From IMG/VR virus record IMGVR_UViG_3300025769_000070: DNA of 64,000 nt. One strand, written 5' to 3'. The stretch's first letter is position 1. Every line of letters begins with the position of its first letter. This DNA comes from a virus (Duplodnaviria > Heunggongvirae > Uroviricota > Caudoviricetes). A program made the position numbers and the translations under genes. The notes below the pieces were generated by a model. That model made no database searches. It worked only from the letters and a program-made list of their open reading frames with translations, and was not told the DNA's origin. Shown piece by piece: positions 37,995 through 45,988 of this stretch.

Positions 37995-38219
37995 ATGATC
38001 AAGGTTTGCCTAAAAGATGGTCATGTAGTGTACGAATTCAACACCATCCCCGAATTTGTCGATGCATTCCCTGATGGCCTAGACCAGGAGAATCTGAACC
38101 AGGGCTGTTACGTGAACTGCACTATCCGTCAGGCTCAAGAGATTGCCTGGGAGCGTGAGGACAGGAAACGTCGATACAATACCAAGCTCCCATTCGTTGG
38201 TCAACGTTGCCGGGACTAG
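37995..38219 (+). CDS. small early protein, paralog B
   Basis: 74 aa, paralog of the 37363-37587 product. Confidence 0.55.
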   Translation: MIKVCLKDGHVVYEFNTIPEFVDAFPDGLDQENLNQGCYVNCTIRQAQEIAWEREDRKRRYNTKLPFVGQRCRD

Positions 38220-38275
38220 GGGCTAGGCTACGGGTTGCAACTTCCGCTTTCTTTTATTCAGGATGGAGTTCTAAA

Positions 38276-38500
38276 ATGAAGCCAATCACTCAGCGACCAA
38301 TCCCAGAGGGTTACACTACTGAATGGGATAACACTATCTGGAATGTGGGTATTGTTTTCCTGTGGTCAGATATTTTCGACGATTATTTGCAATGCGGTCG
38401 AATCACTGTGAAGCCCGGAGATACTTTGGCCGAAGCGTTCGAACGTGAAATGAATGAACCAATGTGGACAGAATTTGAAGTTTTCTTCGTCAACGAATAG
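38276..38500 (+). CDS. hypothetical small early protein
   Basis: ORF 38207-38500; probable start MKPITQRP with a GGATGGAG SD. Confidence 0.45.
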   Translation: MKPITQRPIPEGYTTEWDNTIWNVGIVFLWSDIFDDYLQCGRITVKPGDTLAEAFEREMNEPMWTEFEVFFVNE

Positions 38501-38505
38501 ACAGG

Positions 38506-38706
38506 ATGGAACCAGTGGACCCACGTATCACATATATGGCTATTTTCAATGCCATGTCAATCGGTGACTTCACAATGGCGAGAGTTCACGCCACCGACCT
38601 GAAAGAATGGTTGGACAAAGGTGGATTCTATCCCGACACCTATACAAAAGTGGAGGTGGACGCCTATCTCGCGAGCGTATTGAGACGTACAGTAGGGTAT
38701 GAATGA
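38506..38706 (+). CDS. hypothetical small early protein
   Basis: 66-aa ORF in the operon. Confidence 0.4.
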   Translation: MEPVDPRITYMAIFNAMSIGDFTMARVHATDLKEWLDKGGFYPDTYTKVEVDAYLASVLRRTVGYE

Positions 38707-38721
38707 TCAAAAGCGAAGGCG

Positions 38722-38790
38722 GTCGTGTTGCCCGTTCTTCGCCGGTCGTCCCACTCACAGCAGGTGTGAGTGAGCGGGACGCAACGGAAA
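38722..38790 (+). repeat. conserved intergenic stem-loop/leader element, copy 2
   Basis: ...GGTCGTCCCACTCACAGCAGGTGTGAGTGAGCGGGACGCAACGGAAAC.... ACGGAG then ATG follow downstream. Confidence 0.8.
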
Positions 38791-38814
38791 CAAAACACTA
38801 AACGGAGAACGGCG

Positions 38815-39027
38815 ATGCTTGACATCAAATTGACATCATACGAAAAGCGAATCATCGGCACACTGACCGATGAAGGGCACACACTTTATGTAACCGGAGA
38901 CGGTTGGATCTTTGAAGAATCTTGCGGAGATAAGCACACTTTCCAGTCTTTTCGAAAGTTCTTTGAGTTCTGCGAGTATCGTGAGTCGCAATTGCTGCTC
39001 GTGCGAGAAATGCAGGAGACTTTTTAA
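38815..39027 (+). CDS. hypothetical small early protein
   Basis: MLDIKLTSYEK...; the start follows element copy 2 and a GGAGAACGG SD. Confidence 0.45.
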   Translation: MLDIKLTSYEKRIIGTLTDEGHTLYVTGDGWIFEESCGDKHTFQSFRKFFEFCEYRESQLLLVREMQETF

Positions 39028-39057
39028 ATAACGCCCTTTAGACGGAGATTGAAGAGA

Positions 39058-39236
39058 TGAACGGACCAGAAGCAATCGAGTTTTTCGTAGCGAACGCAAA
39101 TGTCTACAACGAATGGTCAGAAGCTGCTATGTGGCAGCATGTCAGCCACGTCGTTAGAAAATCCCACAAAGAACCAAATCGGGTCTGGACAGTGGAAGAA
39201 CTATCCGCTATGATAGCACAAGCGGAGAACCAGTAA
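39058..39236 (+). CDS. hypothetical small protein (59 aa, below ORF-track cutoff)
   Basis: ATG preceded by GGAGATTGAAGAG. Reads MNGPEAIEFFVANANVYNEW.... Confidence 0.35.
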
Positions 39237-39251
39237 CCCATATGCGAGGTA

Positions 39252-39321
39252 CGGGTGTGTTACCCGTGCTTCGCGGGTCGTCTCACTCACCGCAGGTGTG
39301 AGTGAGCGAGACGCAACGGAA
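39252..39321 (+). repeat. conserved intergenic stem-loop/leader element, copy 3
   Basis: ...GGGTCGTCTCACTCACCGCAGGTGTGAGTGAGCGAGACGCAACGGAAAAC.... Followed by AAGGACGGAAACG then ATG. Confidence 0.8.
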
Positions 39322-39349
39322 AACAACTCAAAACAAAAGGACGGAAACG

Positions 39350-39478
39350 ATGGACGATTTCGATGATGTGACGTGTGAAGAGTTTTTCGACGACGAAAAG
39401 TATTACCGCAGTGTGCCAGATGCTGAGTTTGAGCAATCGGTTCCCTTCTCGTATCAGGTATCACTTTTCTTCGAATAA
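39350..39478 (+). CDS. hypothetical acidic mini-protein (42 aa)
   Basis: MDDFDDVTCEEFFDDEKYY...; the ATG follows element copy 3 and an AAGGACGGAAACG SD. Confidence 0.3.
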   Translation: MDDFDDVTCEEFFDDEKYYRSVPDAEFEQSVPFSYQVSLFFE

Positions 39479-39482
39479 CCGC

Positions 39483-39510
39483 TTGACATTCTCTGTCAAT
39501 GGGCTACAAT
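39483..39510 (+). promoter_or_regulatory. sigma70-type promoter (TTGACA-16-TACAAT)
   Basis: Consensus -35 box and 16-nt spacer. Confidence 0.5.
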
Positions 39511-39551
39511 CCACTTCTCAAACGGAAACTGTCTTTTAGAAGGAAAACACT

Positions 39552-39848
39552 ATGTCGCACACAATCTTCGAAAACGCTTTTGGTAAGATTTCCCATGAAG
39601 TTCGAAGGGATTATGTTATCTCTGATGAAGAACTGTTCGGGATGGTCAGCCGGGACTTCTACAAATCCTTGAACAATCCAGAAGTGACGGGAACGAAATC
39701 AATGCTCAAAAGTCTGGCAAAAGAACAAGGCCAGGTTGTGGAAGAAACACCAGAAGAAATTGCGATTCGCGAAGCAATGGAACGTGAGCAGAGGATTCTT
39801 GCCCATATCAGACGGGTTCAAATCGAATTGCAATGCTGTGAAGATTGA
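39552..39848 (+). CDS. hypothetical small early protein
   Basis: 98-aa ORF preceded by a GAAGGAAAACACT SD. Confidence 0.45.
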   Translation: MSHTIFENAFGKISHEVRRDYVISDEELFGMVSRDFYKSLNNPEVTGTKSMLKSLAKEQGQVVEETPEEIAIREAMEREQRILAHIRRVQIELQCCED

Positions 39849-39901
39849 AGATTGAAGATTGAAGAGGACGGAAACAATCCCCAGAAAAGAAGGAAAGAAC
39901 G

Positions 39902-40066
39902 ATGAAAGACGCTGAACGCCTGATGATCATCCGTGCCCTGGCATTAAATTGTCGGGACAACGCAAAGAATGGGGCAGATGAGGACAATCGTCCACTTCTG
40001 GACCTGATCCATGAGTTAGCGTTTCAGATGGATGTTGAGTACACAAATTTTTCGCTGGGGGAGTAA
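39902..40066 (+). CDS. hypothetical small protein (54 aa)
   Basis: ATG preceded by GAAGGAAAGAACG. Reads MKDAERLMIIRAL.... Confidence 0.35.
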   Translation: MKDAERLMIIRALALNCRDNAKNGADEDNRPLLDLIHELAFQMDVEYTNFSLGE

Positions 40067-40165
40067 TGCTAATAAACGCAATCCAAGACGCGACCCCCTA
40101 CGTAATTGGAACAGGTCTGTTCCTGTTCATAATGACACTTCTAGAAAAGAATGGAAGACTTTAGG

Positions 40166-40345
40166 ATGCTAGTACTGTCAAGAAAAAAAGACGAAAAGAT
40201 CACAATTCAGATTCCCGGAAAACCGGATATCGAAATCATGATCATCGAAACGGGCATCAAGACGCGGGTGGGGATTAAAGCTCCACAAGAATACCAGATC
40301 GTCAGAAACGAACTGATTGGAACGTCAAGAGGGCTTCCAAAATAG
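40166..40345 (+). CDS. csrA: carbon storage regulator CsrA homologue
   Basis: MLVLSRKKDEKITIQ...IMIIETGIKTRVGIKAPQEYQIVRNELI aligns to the CsrA/RsmA consensus MLILTRRxGE...V..GNQVRIGI.APKEV.V.REEI, with a short insertion. Confidence 0.8.
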   Translation: MLVLSRKKDEKITIQIPGKPDIEIMIIETGIKTRVGIKAPQEYQIVRNELIGTSRGLPK

Positions 40346-40437
40346 GTTTCTTGATATCGGTTCTTTGATATGGGGCGGGTGGGGAAATTGTCCCTGCCTG
40401 CCTTTATCTTTTACCAGAAAAATAGCCTGTCTGTTTT

Positions 40438-40497
40438 ACCGGCGGAAGCCGAGTCGTCTCACTCACCGCAGGTGTGAGTGAGCGAGACGCAGCGGAA
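40438..40497 (+). repeat. conserved intergenic stem-loop/leader element, copy 4
   Basis: ACCGGCGGAAGCCGAGTCGTCTCACTCACCGCAGGTGTGAGTGAGCGAGACGCAGCGGAA; about 60 nt near-identical to copy 1. Confidence 0.8.
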
Positions 40498-40616
40498 AAC
40501 AAGACACAAAGGAAAACCAAAAAGTCAGAATTTTCAGCTTGCAAGCCACAATGATTGTGTTACAATGCTCTCTCAATGGAACGGCGACCAACTTTTTCTT
40601 TCATGGGGATGAACGA

Positions 40617-41879
40617 ATGACTAAATGGATCAAGATGCACAATGATGGTGAATTCGACGTTATTACCGCAATTGGTATGCTGGGGGCGTCGGTGAAGATG
40701 GGTGAAGATCCCATTGGTCTCTATGGTTCTGGTATCAAGTACGCTATGGCTCAGGCTTTGCGTATGGGTATCTCGCTGAAGATTTCCGACAAGGGAAATC
40801 TGTACACTCTCACGTCCTTCGAAACTGAGTTTCGGGGGCGACAATTTCAAAGTGTCGGTCTCAAGACAAAGACCGGAAAGATCCATAAAACTGGAATCAC
40901 TACTGATTTCGGTAAAGAAGACTGGACAGATATTTGGTTCATCTTCCGCGAATTTTATTCGAACTGCCTTGATGAAGGCGGATTTCTGGAAATCGTGGAC
41001 GGTATACAAACCAGCGAGTCAGGCGTTGACGTTTTTATCCCGTATACTCCATTCAAGGAAATCGTTGATAACCTGAGTGATTACTTTTGTCCTAAAGATT
41101 TTAAGCTAAAAGTCGGCACGGGACGAGTATTCAAAAAGGGAGTATGGGTTGGGAATATGTCGGTCGATACAGGCTTGGACTTCCAGTCTGATTACATCGA
41201 AATTACTGAAACCCGAACGCTCAACCAATATTGTGCTTGGAGGCGTTTAGAAGGCATTATCGAAAGCTACGCAGAAAAAGAACATTTGGTCGAACTGCTC
41301 AAGCATGAAGAATGTTGGACAGAAATGCCGAACCTATGGTTGTGCGGCGAGAAATGCGAGGAGCATTTGCACGCAGCCCTAGTCGAAGTATATGGCAAAG
41401 ATTATATGATCTGTCCAAATGTGGATTGGATTATCAAAGATGCCATAGAAGTCTACGGAAGGAATCCGGTAGTATTTCCATCGGAATGGAAATTGCCAAC
41501 ATCAAAAATTCAAACGATGCAAGATCTGGCGAATAGTATCATCTTCCGCGATGCGACAGAAGCAGAGCAAAAAGTCATTGATAAAGGAATGAAGGCTTTA
41601 GCATGGATGGACGATGTTCCTAATCCTTTTGATTCCCTTTATAGTGTCAGGATAAAAGACATCAAAGTCAGAATCCTGAAGACAGACGAGAATTGTGGCG
41701 GATTGGCTAAACAAGGTTCCACCGAAATTGCCATCAATTCATCAGTGGTGAGCGGAGATTTTAAGAAGTTTTTGCAAACCCTGATGCACGAGTGCGTTCA
41801 CGCCATCACTGGCGAACAAGACTATACCAGAGGATTCGCTAGCTTCATGGAAAGAGCTTTAGTGTCCTTCTCTGTTTGA
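40617..41879 (+). CDS. hypothetical protein with C-terminal HExxH (metallopeptidase-like) motif
   Basis: ORF 40539-41879; probable start MTKWIKMH with a GGGGA SD. LMHECVHAITGEQDY. A G-rich GLYGSGIKYA motif is also present. Confidence 0.45.
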   Translation: MTKWIKMHNDGEFDVITAIGMLGASVKMGEDPIGLYGSGIKYAMAQALRMGISLKISDKGNLYTLTSFETEFRGRQFQSVGLKTKTGKIHKTGITTDFGKEDWTDIWFIFREFYSNCLDEGGFLEIVDGIQTSESGVDVFIPYTPFKEIVDNLSDYFCPKDFKLKVGTGRVFKKGVWVGNMSVDTGLDFQSDYIEITETRTLNQYCAWRRLEGIIESYAEKEHLVELLKHEECWTEMPNLWLCGEKCEEHLHAALVEVYGKDYMICPNVDWIIKDAIEVYGRNPVVFPSEWKLPTSKIQTMQDLANSIIFRDATEAEQKVIDKGMKALAWMDDVPNPFDSLYSVRIKDIKVRILKTDENCGGLAKQGSTEIAINSSVVSGDFKKFLQTLMHECVHAITGEQDYTRGFASFMERALVSFSV

Positions 41880-42112
41880 TTCCATCCCCGTGGATTGAGT
41901 GGCGGGCATGATGCCCGCTGCTCAATATTTTGACTGGAGGCGAAATGTTCTGCATGTATCTTTCACCGGCAGGAAAACAATTCAATAGAATTGTAAGGGT
42001 TACTGGCGAAGTCGCCGTATGTATTGCGACAGGAAAGAAACGGTTCATTGACCCGATGTTTCTGAGACCAACAGTTTCCGCAGATTGGCAACTCTGAGAT
42101 AAAGGGCTTGAA

Positions 42113-42134
42113 GAGGCCGCTACGGAGCGGCCTC
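42113..42134 (+). terminator. GC-rich hairpin (member of repeated GGCCGCTACGGAGC family), terminator-like
   Basis: GAGGCCGCT-ACGG-AGCGGCCTC, a 9-bp stem. No clean U tract follows. Confidence 0.35.
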
Positions 42135-42205
42135 TGAGGGCCGCTCTGATGTAGACTAACCTGTACGGATGATCGAACAATCTTTGATAATTAAGCTCAA
42201 TTAAG

Positions 42206-42233
42206 TTGCAATGGTCTGCCGATATGATATACT
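42206..42233 (+). promoter_or_regulatory. sigma70-type promoter (TTGCAA-16-TATACT), TTGCAATGG family
   Basis: Shares the TTGCAATGG...GTGACATGAG architecture with the promoters at 44071 and 45353. Confidence 0.45.
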
Positions 42234-42296
42234 AGTGACATGAGACGCGGGGGCAATCAGCCCAACACGGGGTTTTTTCTTCAAAGGAGAATTGTG

Positions 42297-43193
42297 ATGC
42301 AGAATGTTCTTTCAAGTGACGTTGCTGAAACAGTCAAAAAAGAGTTCGATTTCCAGGTCAACAAGTTCCCCTTGTCTGGTCCCGATGGAATGAAGACTCC
42401 CTGTTATGGTCTGTTCCGGTCTGACAATGCGTCTTTCGTTGGTTCTTGCAACAATGCCAAAAGTCGGAACTATATTCCACACCAGACTGACGATGTCATT
42501 GCTCTGGTTGAAGCGTCTTCCACGCTGTTTGATGGTGAAGTCGATGTCACCTGTTTCTTCAATCAGGGGCACTATGTGTCCGTTCAACCAACAATGGACA
42601 AACGCAAAGCCGTGTTCGGCCAAAAGGATAACGTCTTCCCGCGAATCATTATTAACGCGGGATATGATGGTCAGGCTTTCAAAGCGAACATGGGCTACTA
42701 TCGTGACGTTTGCAAGAATCTGAGTATCATGAGAATGGTCAAAGGTACGACTGTTTCGATTCGTCACATGAGCAACCTACGCTCCGAGATGGATGAATTG
42801 ATTGAAACGTTCGGCGTTCTTGGCGAATCGTGGGAAGCTCTGGGGCAAAGAATTGATGCTCTTGAACAAACCAAAGTCTCTTTGGTAGGATTCCTGGAAG
42901 ATGTTTTTGGACCAGTCCCAGAAGAAACGGGACGGGGAAAAACGGTCGCGGAAAATCGTATTGAGAAGATTGTTGGTCGTCTTCTCAACGAACGATTCAA
43001 AACGGGACGACCATTGAGTGAAGGCGTGGCCCCGGAATATTCTGGATGGGAGCTTGCAAATGCTGTGCAGGGATATACTCAACATGATAAGCCCCGGCAT
43101 GGTAATCCTACTGAGTTTCAACGTGCTATCATGGCAATGAATGATCAACACGTCAATAAAGCATTCGAATTGCTTTTATCAATGAGTGCTTAG
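42297..43193 (+). CDS. DUF932-like (phage/plasmid-like) protein
   Basis: ORF 42240-43193; probable start MQNVLSS with an AAGGAGA SD. Reads ...CYGLFRSDN...HQTDDVIALVEA...IIINAGYDGQAFKANMGYYRDVCKNL..., recalled DUF932 signatures. Confidence 0.5.
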   Translation: MQNVLSSDVAETVKKEFDFQVNKFPLSGPDGMKTPCYGLFRSDNASFVGSCNNAKSRNYIPHQTDDVIALVEASSTLFDGEVDVTCFFNQGHYVSVQPTMDKRKAVFGQKDNVFPRIIINAGYDGQAFKANMGYYRDVCKNLSIMRMVKGTTVSIRHMSNLRSEMDELIETFGVLGESWEALGQRIDALEQTKVSLVGFLEDVFGPVPEETGRGKTVAENRIEKIVGRLLNERFKTGRPLSEGVAPEYSGWELANAVQGYTQHDKPRHGNPTEFQRAIMAMNDQHVNKAFELLLSMSA

Positions 43194-43205
43194 AATTGGT
43201 AAGGT

Positions 43206-43240
43206 GGGGGGATGGCGGAAACCCGCCATTCCCCTATCCC
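43206..43240 (+). repeat. palindromic direct repeat flanking HNH gene (left copy)
   Basis: GGGGGATGGCGGAAACCCGCCATTCCCCTAT. Confidence 0.6.
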
Positions 43241-43854
43241 AAAGTCTGAAGTATGTATTGGGCAAAACTTCTTAATTCATCGGGGCTAGCGTCAGATTTC
43301 ATTCGATTGGCTTTATGGCTCAGAATTTGGACATTGCCAATAATATAACCTTTTGTGTTGTCTATTCTGTCAATTGTTGCAGATTCTGATACAATTCGAC
43401 TAGTACCACCATAAGACAGTTCAATTCCCAATATCGGGCAGAACGGAACGTAGATGGAATCTAGATGCTCGCGAGTCAGATTAAACTCCCATCCTTTTTC
43501 TTTTGCTCGCTTTTTTGCGTTTTTCAACCTACCCGCCCATTTGTCATCTTTTTTTCTTTGGGCAATTTGAGCCTTGTTCTTCTCATAATATTCTCTTTGA
43601 TACTTGTCATAAGCTTCTTTTGAGGCATAGCCGTTACGCTGCCAAGCTTCTAACATGGAACGTCTCTTCTTTTGATAAGTTACACGGTTTTCTTTAGCCC
43701 TTTCTTTAGTGTCCAGCAGTTCACAATCATAACAGATAGTCTTTTGATAGTCGTAAAATTCTCCGGTTTTGACCTTGTTAACAATCCTTGGTCGTTGTAT
43801 AATCCTGAAATCTGAGAGGGGTTTATCGACTTGACATTTTCTACACTTTTTCAT
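43234..43854 (-). CDS. HNH-family endonuclease (free-standing, opposite strand to its neighbours)
   Basis: N-terminal CRKC...CYDC zinc finger. C-terminal ATIDRIDNTKGYIIGNVQILSHKANRMK is an HNH_3-like motif. Lone minus-strand gene in the plus-strand module. Confidence 0.6.
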   Translation of the reverse strand: MKKCRKCQVDKPLSDFRIIQRPRIVNKVKTGEFYDYQKTICYDCELLDTKERAKENRVTYQKKRRSMLEAWQRNGYASKEAYDKYQREYYEKNKAQIAQRKKDDKWAGRLKNAKKRAKEKGWEFNLTREHLDSIYVPFCPILGIELSYGGTSRIVSESATIDRIDNTKGYIIGNVQILSHKANRMKSDASPDELRSFAQYILQTLG

Positions 43855-43922
43855 TGTAAATACCCTTGAAAAGAAAATTTGTTCTCAAGGTTATATACAC
43901 CCTTTTCGATTCAAAAAGGACA

Positions 43923-43957
43923 AACGGGGATGGCGGATTTACGCCATTCCCCTATGC
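43923..43957 (+). repeat. palindromic direct repeat flanking HNH gene (right copy)
   Basis: GGGGATGGCGGATTTACGCCATTCCCCTAT. Confidence 0.6.
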
Positions 43958-44070
43958 GAGAGTATATCCTCCATCTTATAAATGGTAGAAAGATTAATTG
44001 GTTCATGTGCGTTCGATTCGCACCTCTCGCACTGACACTGAGTTTTTTCAAAAACTCTAAAGATAACGCT

Positions 44071-44098
44071 TGCAATGGTCGATAATTACAGTACAATG
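44071..44098 (+). promoter_or_regulatory. sigma70-type promoter (TTGCAA-16-TACAAT), TTGCAATGG family
   Basis: TTGCAATGGTCGATAATTACAGTACAATGGTGACATAAAG, near-identical to the promoter at 45353. Confidence 0.5.
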
Positions 44099-44170
44099 GT
44101 GACATAAAGCGATCAGCTTGACCTACAACCAGGCCATCATCTTGGCCGAATCAATCCTGGAGGCTTTGAA

Positions 44171-44458
44171 ATGAAAGACATTATGGTTGGCGGATTCTTT
44201 GTTCTTTTTATTATTGGGGCATTGTTTATTGGTGCAACTAATGTACCACTAGAGCAAGAACCACCAACAGAGCTTCAACAACTACAAACTGAGGTGCGGT
44301 CTTTACGCAACGACCTGAACCAGTTAATCCTTGCATTGCCCGAAGATCCGACCATCATTGTAGATGGTCAAGTGGTAGACGAACATTTTGACTGGAACGT
44401 GTTTCATAACGTGCCGGGGAAAACAGATGATCAAAAAACCAGCGTTTTACCAGATTGA
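44171..44458 (+). CDS. small membrane-anchored protein
   Basis: N-terminal TM helix GGFFVLFIIGALFIGA; Q/L-rich. Confidence 0.45.
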   Translation: MKDIMVGGFFVLFIIGALFIGATNVPLEQEPPTELQQLQTEVRSLRNDLNQLILALPEDPTIIVDGQVVDEHFDWNVFHNVPGKTDDQKTSVLPD

Positions 44459-44837
44459 CCAGTGGAACATGCTTTCACTACTGGAACCGTTTCAAAAGGT
44501 GGACGTATACCGGAACTTGACTTCTGGTCTGTGGAGTGTCAGGCAGAATGGGATTGTTATACTACACGCTGAGTGTATAGCAATTTACAACCCCGAATTT
44601 ATCGTCAGTCAAAAGGGAAGGGCGAGGGTAATTCGGGAACAAAAGAAATACATCCATGCTTATGTTCGGGGCTTTCCTACATTTTTATCTGGGAAAAGGA
44701 CAGGGCCAGTTAATCCAACGGTTTTGACTTATAATCCCTACATTCACGAGAGTTTTGTGGACGAACGGGGGAATCCGGTATATAATGCTGGCATGTGTGT
44801 GTTGCGTCCGGATCATAAAGTTGAGGTAGTCAGATGA
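44427..44837 (+). CDS. hypothetical protein
   Basis: ORF 44388-44837; likely start MIKKPAFYQ with a GGGGAAAACAG SD. Confidence 0.4.
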   Translation: MIKKPAFYQIDQWNMLSLLEPFQKVDVYRNLTSGLWSVRQNGIVILHAECIAIYNPEFIVSQKGRARVIREQKKYIHAYVRGFPTFLSGKRTGPVNPTVLTYNPYIHESFVDERGNPVYNAGMCVLRPDHKVEVVR

Positions 44838-45003
44838 ATGAATATTGGGTAATCATGAAGGCGGCAGGTATTCAACCCTCTTACGTGTATGGTCCATTCA
44901 CATATCAAGAGGCCAGAAAAGAGTATGACCGGCGAACTGATCTGTACGAACAAAACAACCGGGAATTCACAATTCGATTGACAAAGACCGAAATTCTGGC
45001 GTA
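44836..45003 (+). CDS. hypothetical mini-protein (55 aa)
   Basis: ATGA start/stop overlap with the upstream gene. Reads MNEYWVIMKAAGIQPSYVYGPFTYQEARKEY.... Confidence 0.3.
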
Positions 45004-45266
45004 AGCCAGTTGGTATGAGAAAGCTCCTCATACTGTAAAGTGGTAAACGGTGAAGCACGGTCCACTATAATAAAACGGGGTTTCACCATACAATATGGAG
45101 TAGGGGCCACTATTGATAACTGTGGCAGTCAGACCGCAATATCTGACCGGGTTTGCTTTCTTCTTTTCTAGGGAGATTTAAGCACAGAAGAGTAATTAAC
45201 TTCTGAATACCCATGCGGGTTCAATTCCCGCCTACTCCTGCCTTATTCTTTTACTAGGCCGCTACG

Positions 45267-45288
45267 GAGCAGCCGCTGGCGGCTGCTC
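45267..45288 (+). terminator. GC-rich hairpin (GGCCGCTACGGAGCAGCCGCTGGCGGCTGCTC family)
   Basis: GAGCAGCCG-CTGG-CGGCTGCTC, a 9-bp stem. Confidence 0.35.
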
Positions 45289-45352
45289 TGATGCGTGTAT
45301 TCCAGTGAACGTATGTCTTTCTGTTCTTTTTCGGTTTTCTCAAGGTTGGTGC

Positions 45353-45380
45353 TTGCAATGGACGATAACTATAGTATAAT
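45353..45380 (+). promoter_or_regulatory. sigma70-type promoter (TTGCAA-16-TATAAT), TTGCAATGG family
   Basis: TTGCAATGGACGATAACTATAGTATAATGGTGACATAAGAG. Confidence 0.5.
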
Positions 45381-45461
45381 GGTGACATAAGAGACAACGG
45401 GAAAAAAAGCAGAATGGACATTATGACTCAGCAAGCAATTCCATTTGGGGGATGATTCGGC

Positions 45462-45758
45462 ATGAAAAAATATCAACTACGCAATCAGTTAGACTCATCC
45501 AAAACTAGGATACGTGAACTGGAAGCTCAATTAGTTCATCAGCATCATTTTGCTGATGCTAACATCGACAAATGTTCTACTGAGAAATTGTTGGGTTCTG
45601 CTGTCATCCTGGAATTAACTGCTTTAGGTGGCAGAACTATTGTAGCACCTATTGCTATAAGTGACGGGCTATCTCTAGAGACAATTGAAGCATTGAAGGC
45701 CGACATATGCCGATCCTACAAGAATCGTGTTGAGTTCAAACCAAAGGGGATGGAATGA
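45462..45758 (+). CDS. hypothetical protein
   Basis: 98-aa ORF with a GGGGGATGATTCGGC SD region. Confidence 0.45.
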   Translation: MKKYQLRNQLDSSKTRIRELEAQLVHQHHFADANIDKCSTEKLLGSAVILELTALGGRTIVAPIAISDGLSLETIEALKADICRSYKNRVEFKPKGME

Positions 45759-45988
45759 GATCGAAGCCTGTTCCTCACCACACTTTTCCCGGTGGGTATC
45801 CAATGTTCTACTACGTGAAGTCAGATGATGGTCACCTACACAGTTGCCCATCATGTGTCAATCAGAATCGTGTGGGTAGGAATGTGACGAAAGTTGAAGG
45901 TCACATTAACTATGAGGACGACAGTCTAACTTGTGATGTTTGTGAAAAGCGGATAGAATCCGCCTATGGGAGGGAGAATGAAAACTGA
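45755..45988 (+). CDS. zinc-ribbon small protein
   Basis: CPSC...CDVC cysteine pairs. ATGA overlap with the upstream gene. Confidence 0.45.
   Translation: MRSKPVPHHTFPGGYPMFYYVKSDDGHLHSCPSCVNQNRVGRNVTKVEGHINYEDDSLTCDVCEKRIESAYGRENEN

Noticed and set aside
38570-43151. Minus-strand ORFs in the early module (38570-38758, 38664-38882, 38836-39099, 39201-39464, 40560-41009, 41845-42180, 42312-42767, 42764-43000, 42777-43151) and later ones (48057-48320, 48459-48674, 49060-49470, 49349-49675, 49700-49915, 49940-50182)
   Set aside because: The GC-richer DNA generates long antisense open frames. All lie opposite better-supported plus-strand genes with SDs and promoters. Several span intergenic regulatory elements.
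45178-45245. 68-nt tRNA-like fold ending GCGGG-TTCAATT-CCCGC-CTACTCC
   Set aside because: Good T-arm, but only 4 bp of acceptor pairing, no recognisable D-arm and a 9-nt anticodon loop. Recorded only as a tRNA-like remnant within the tRNA-like finding.
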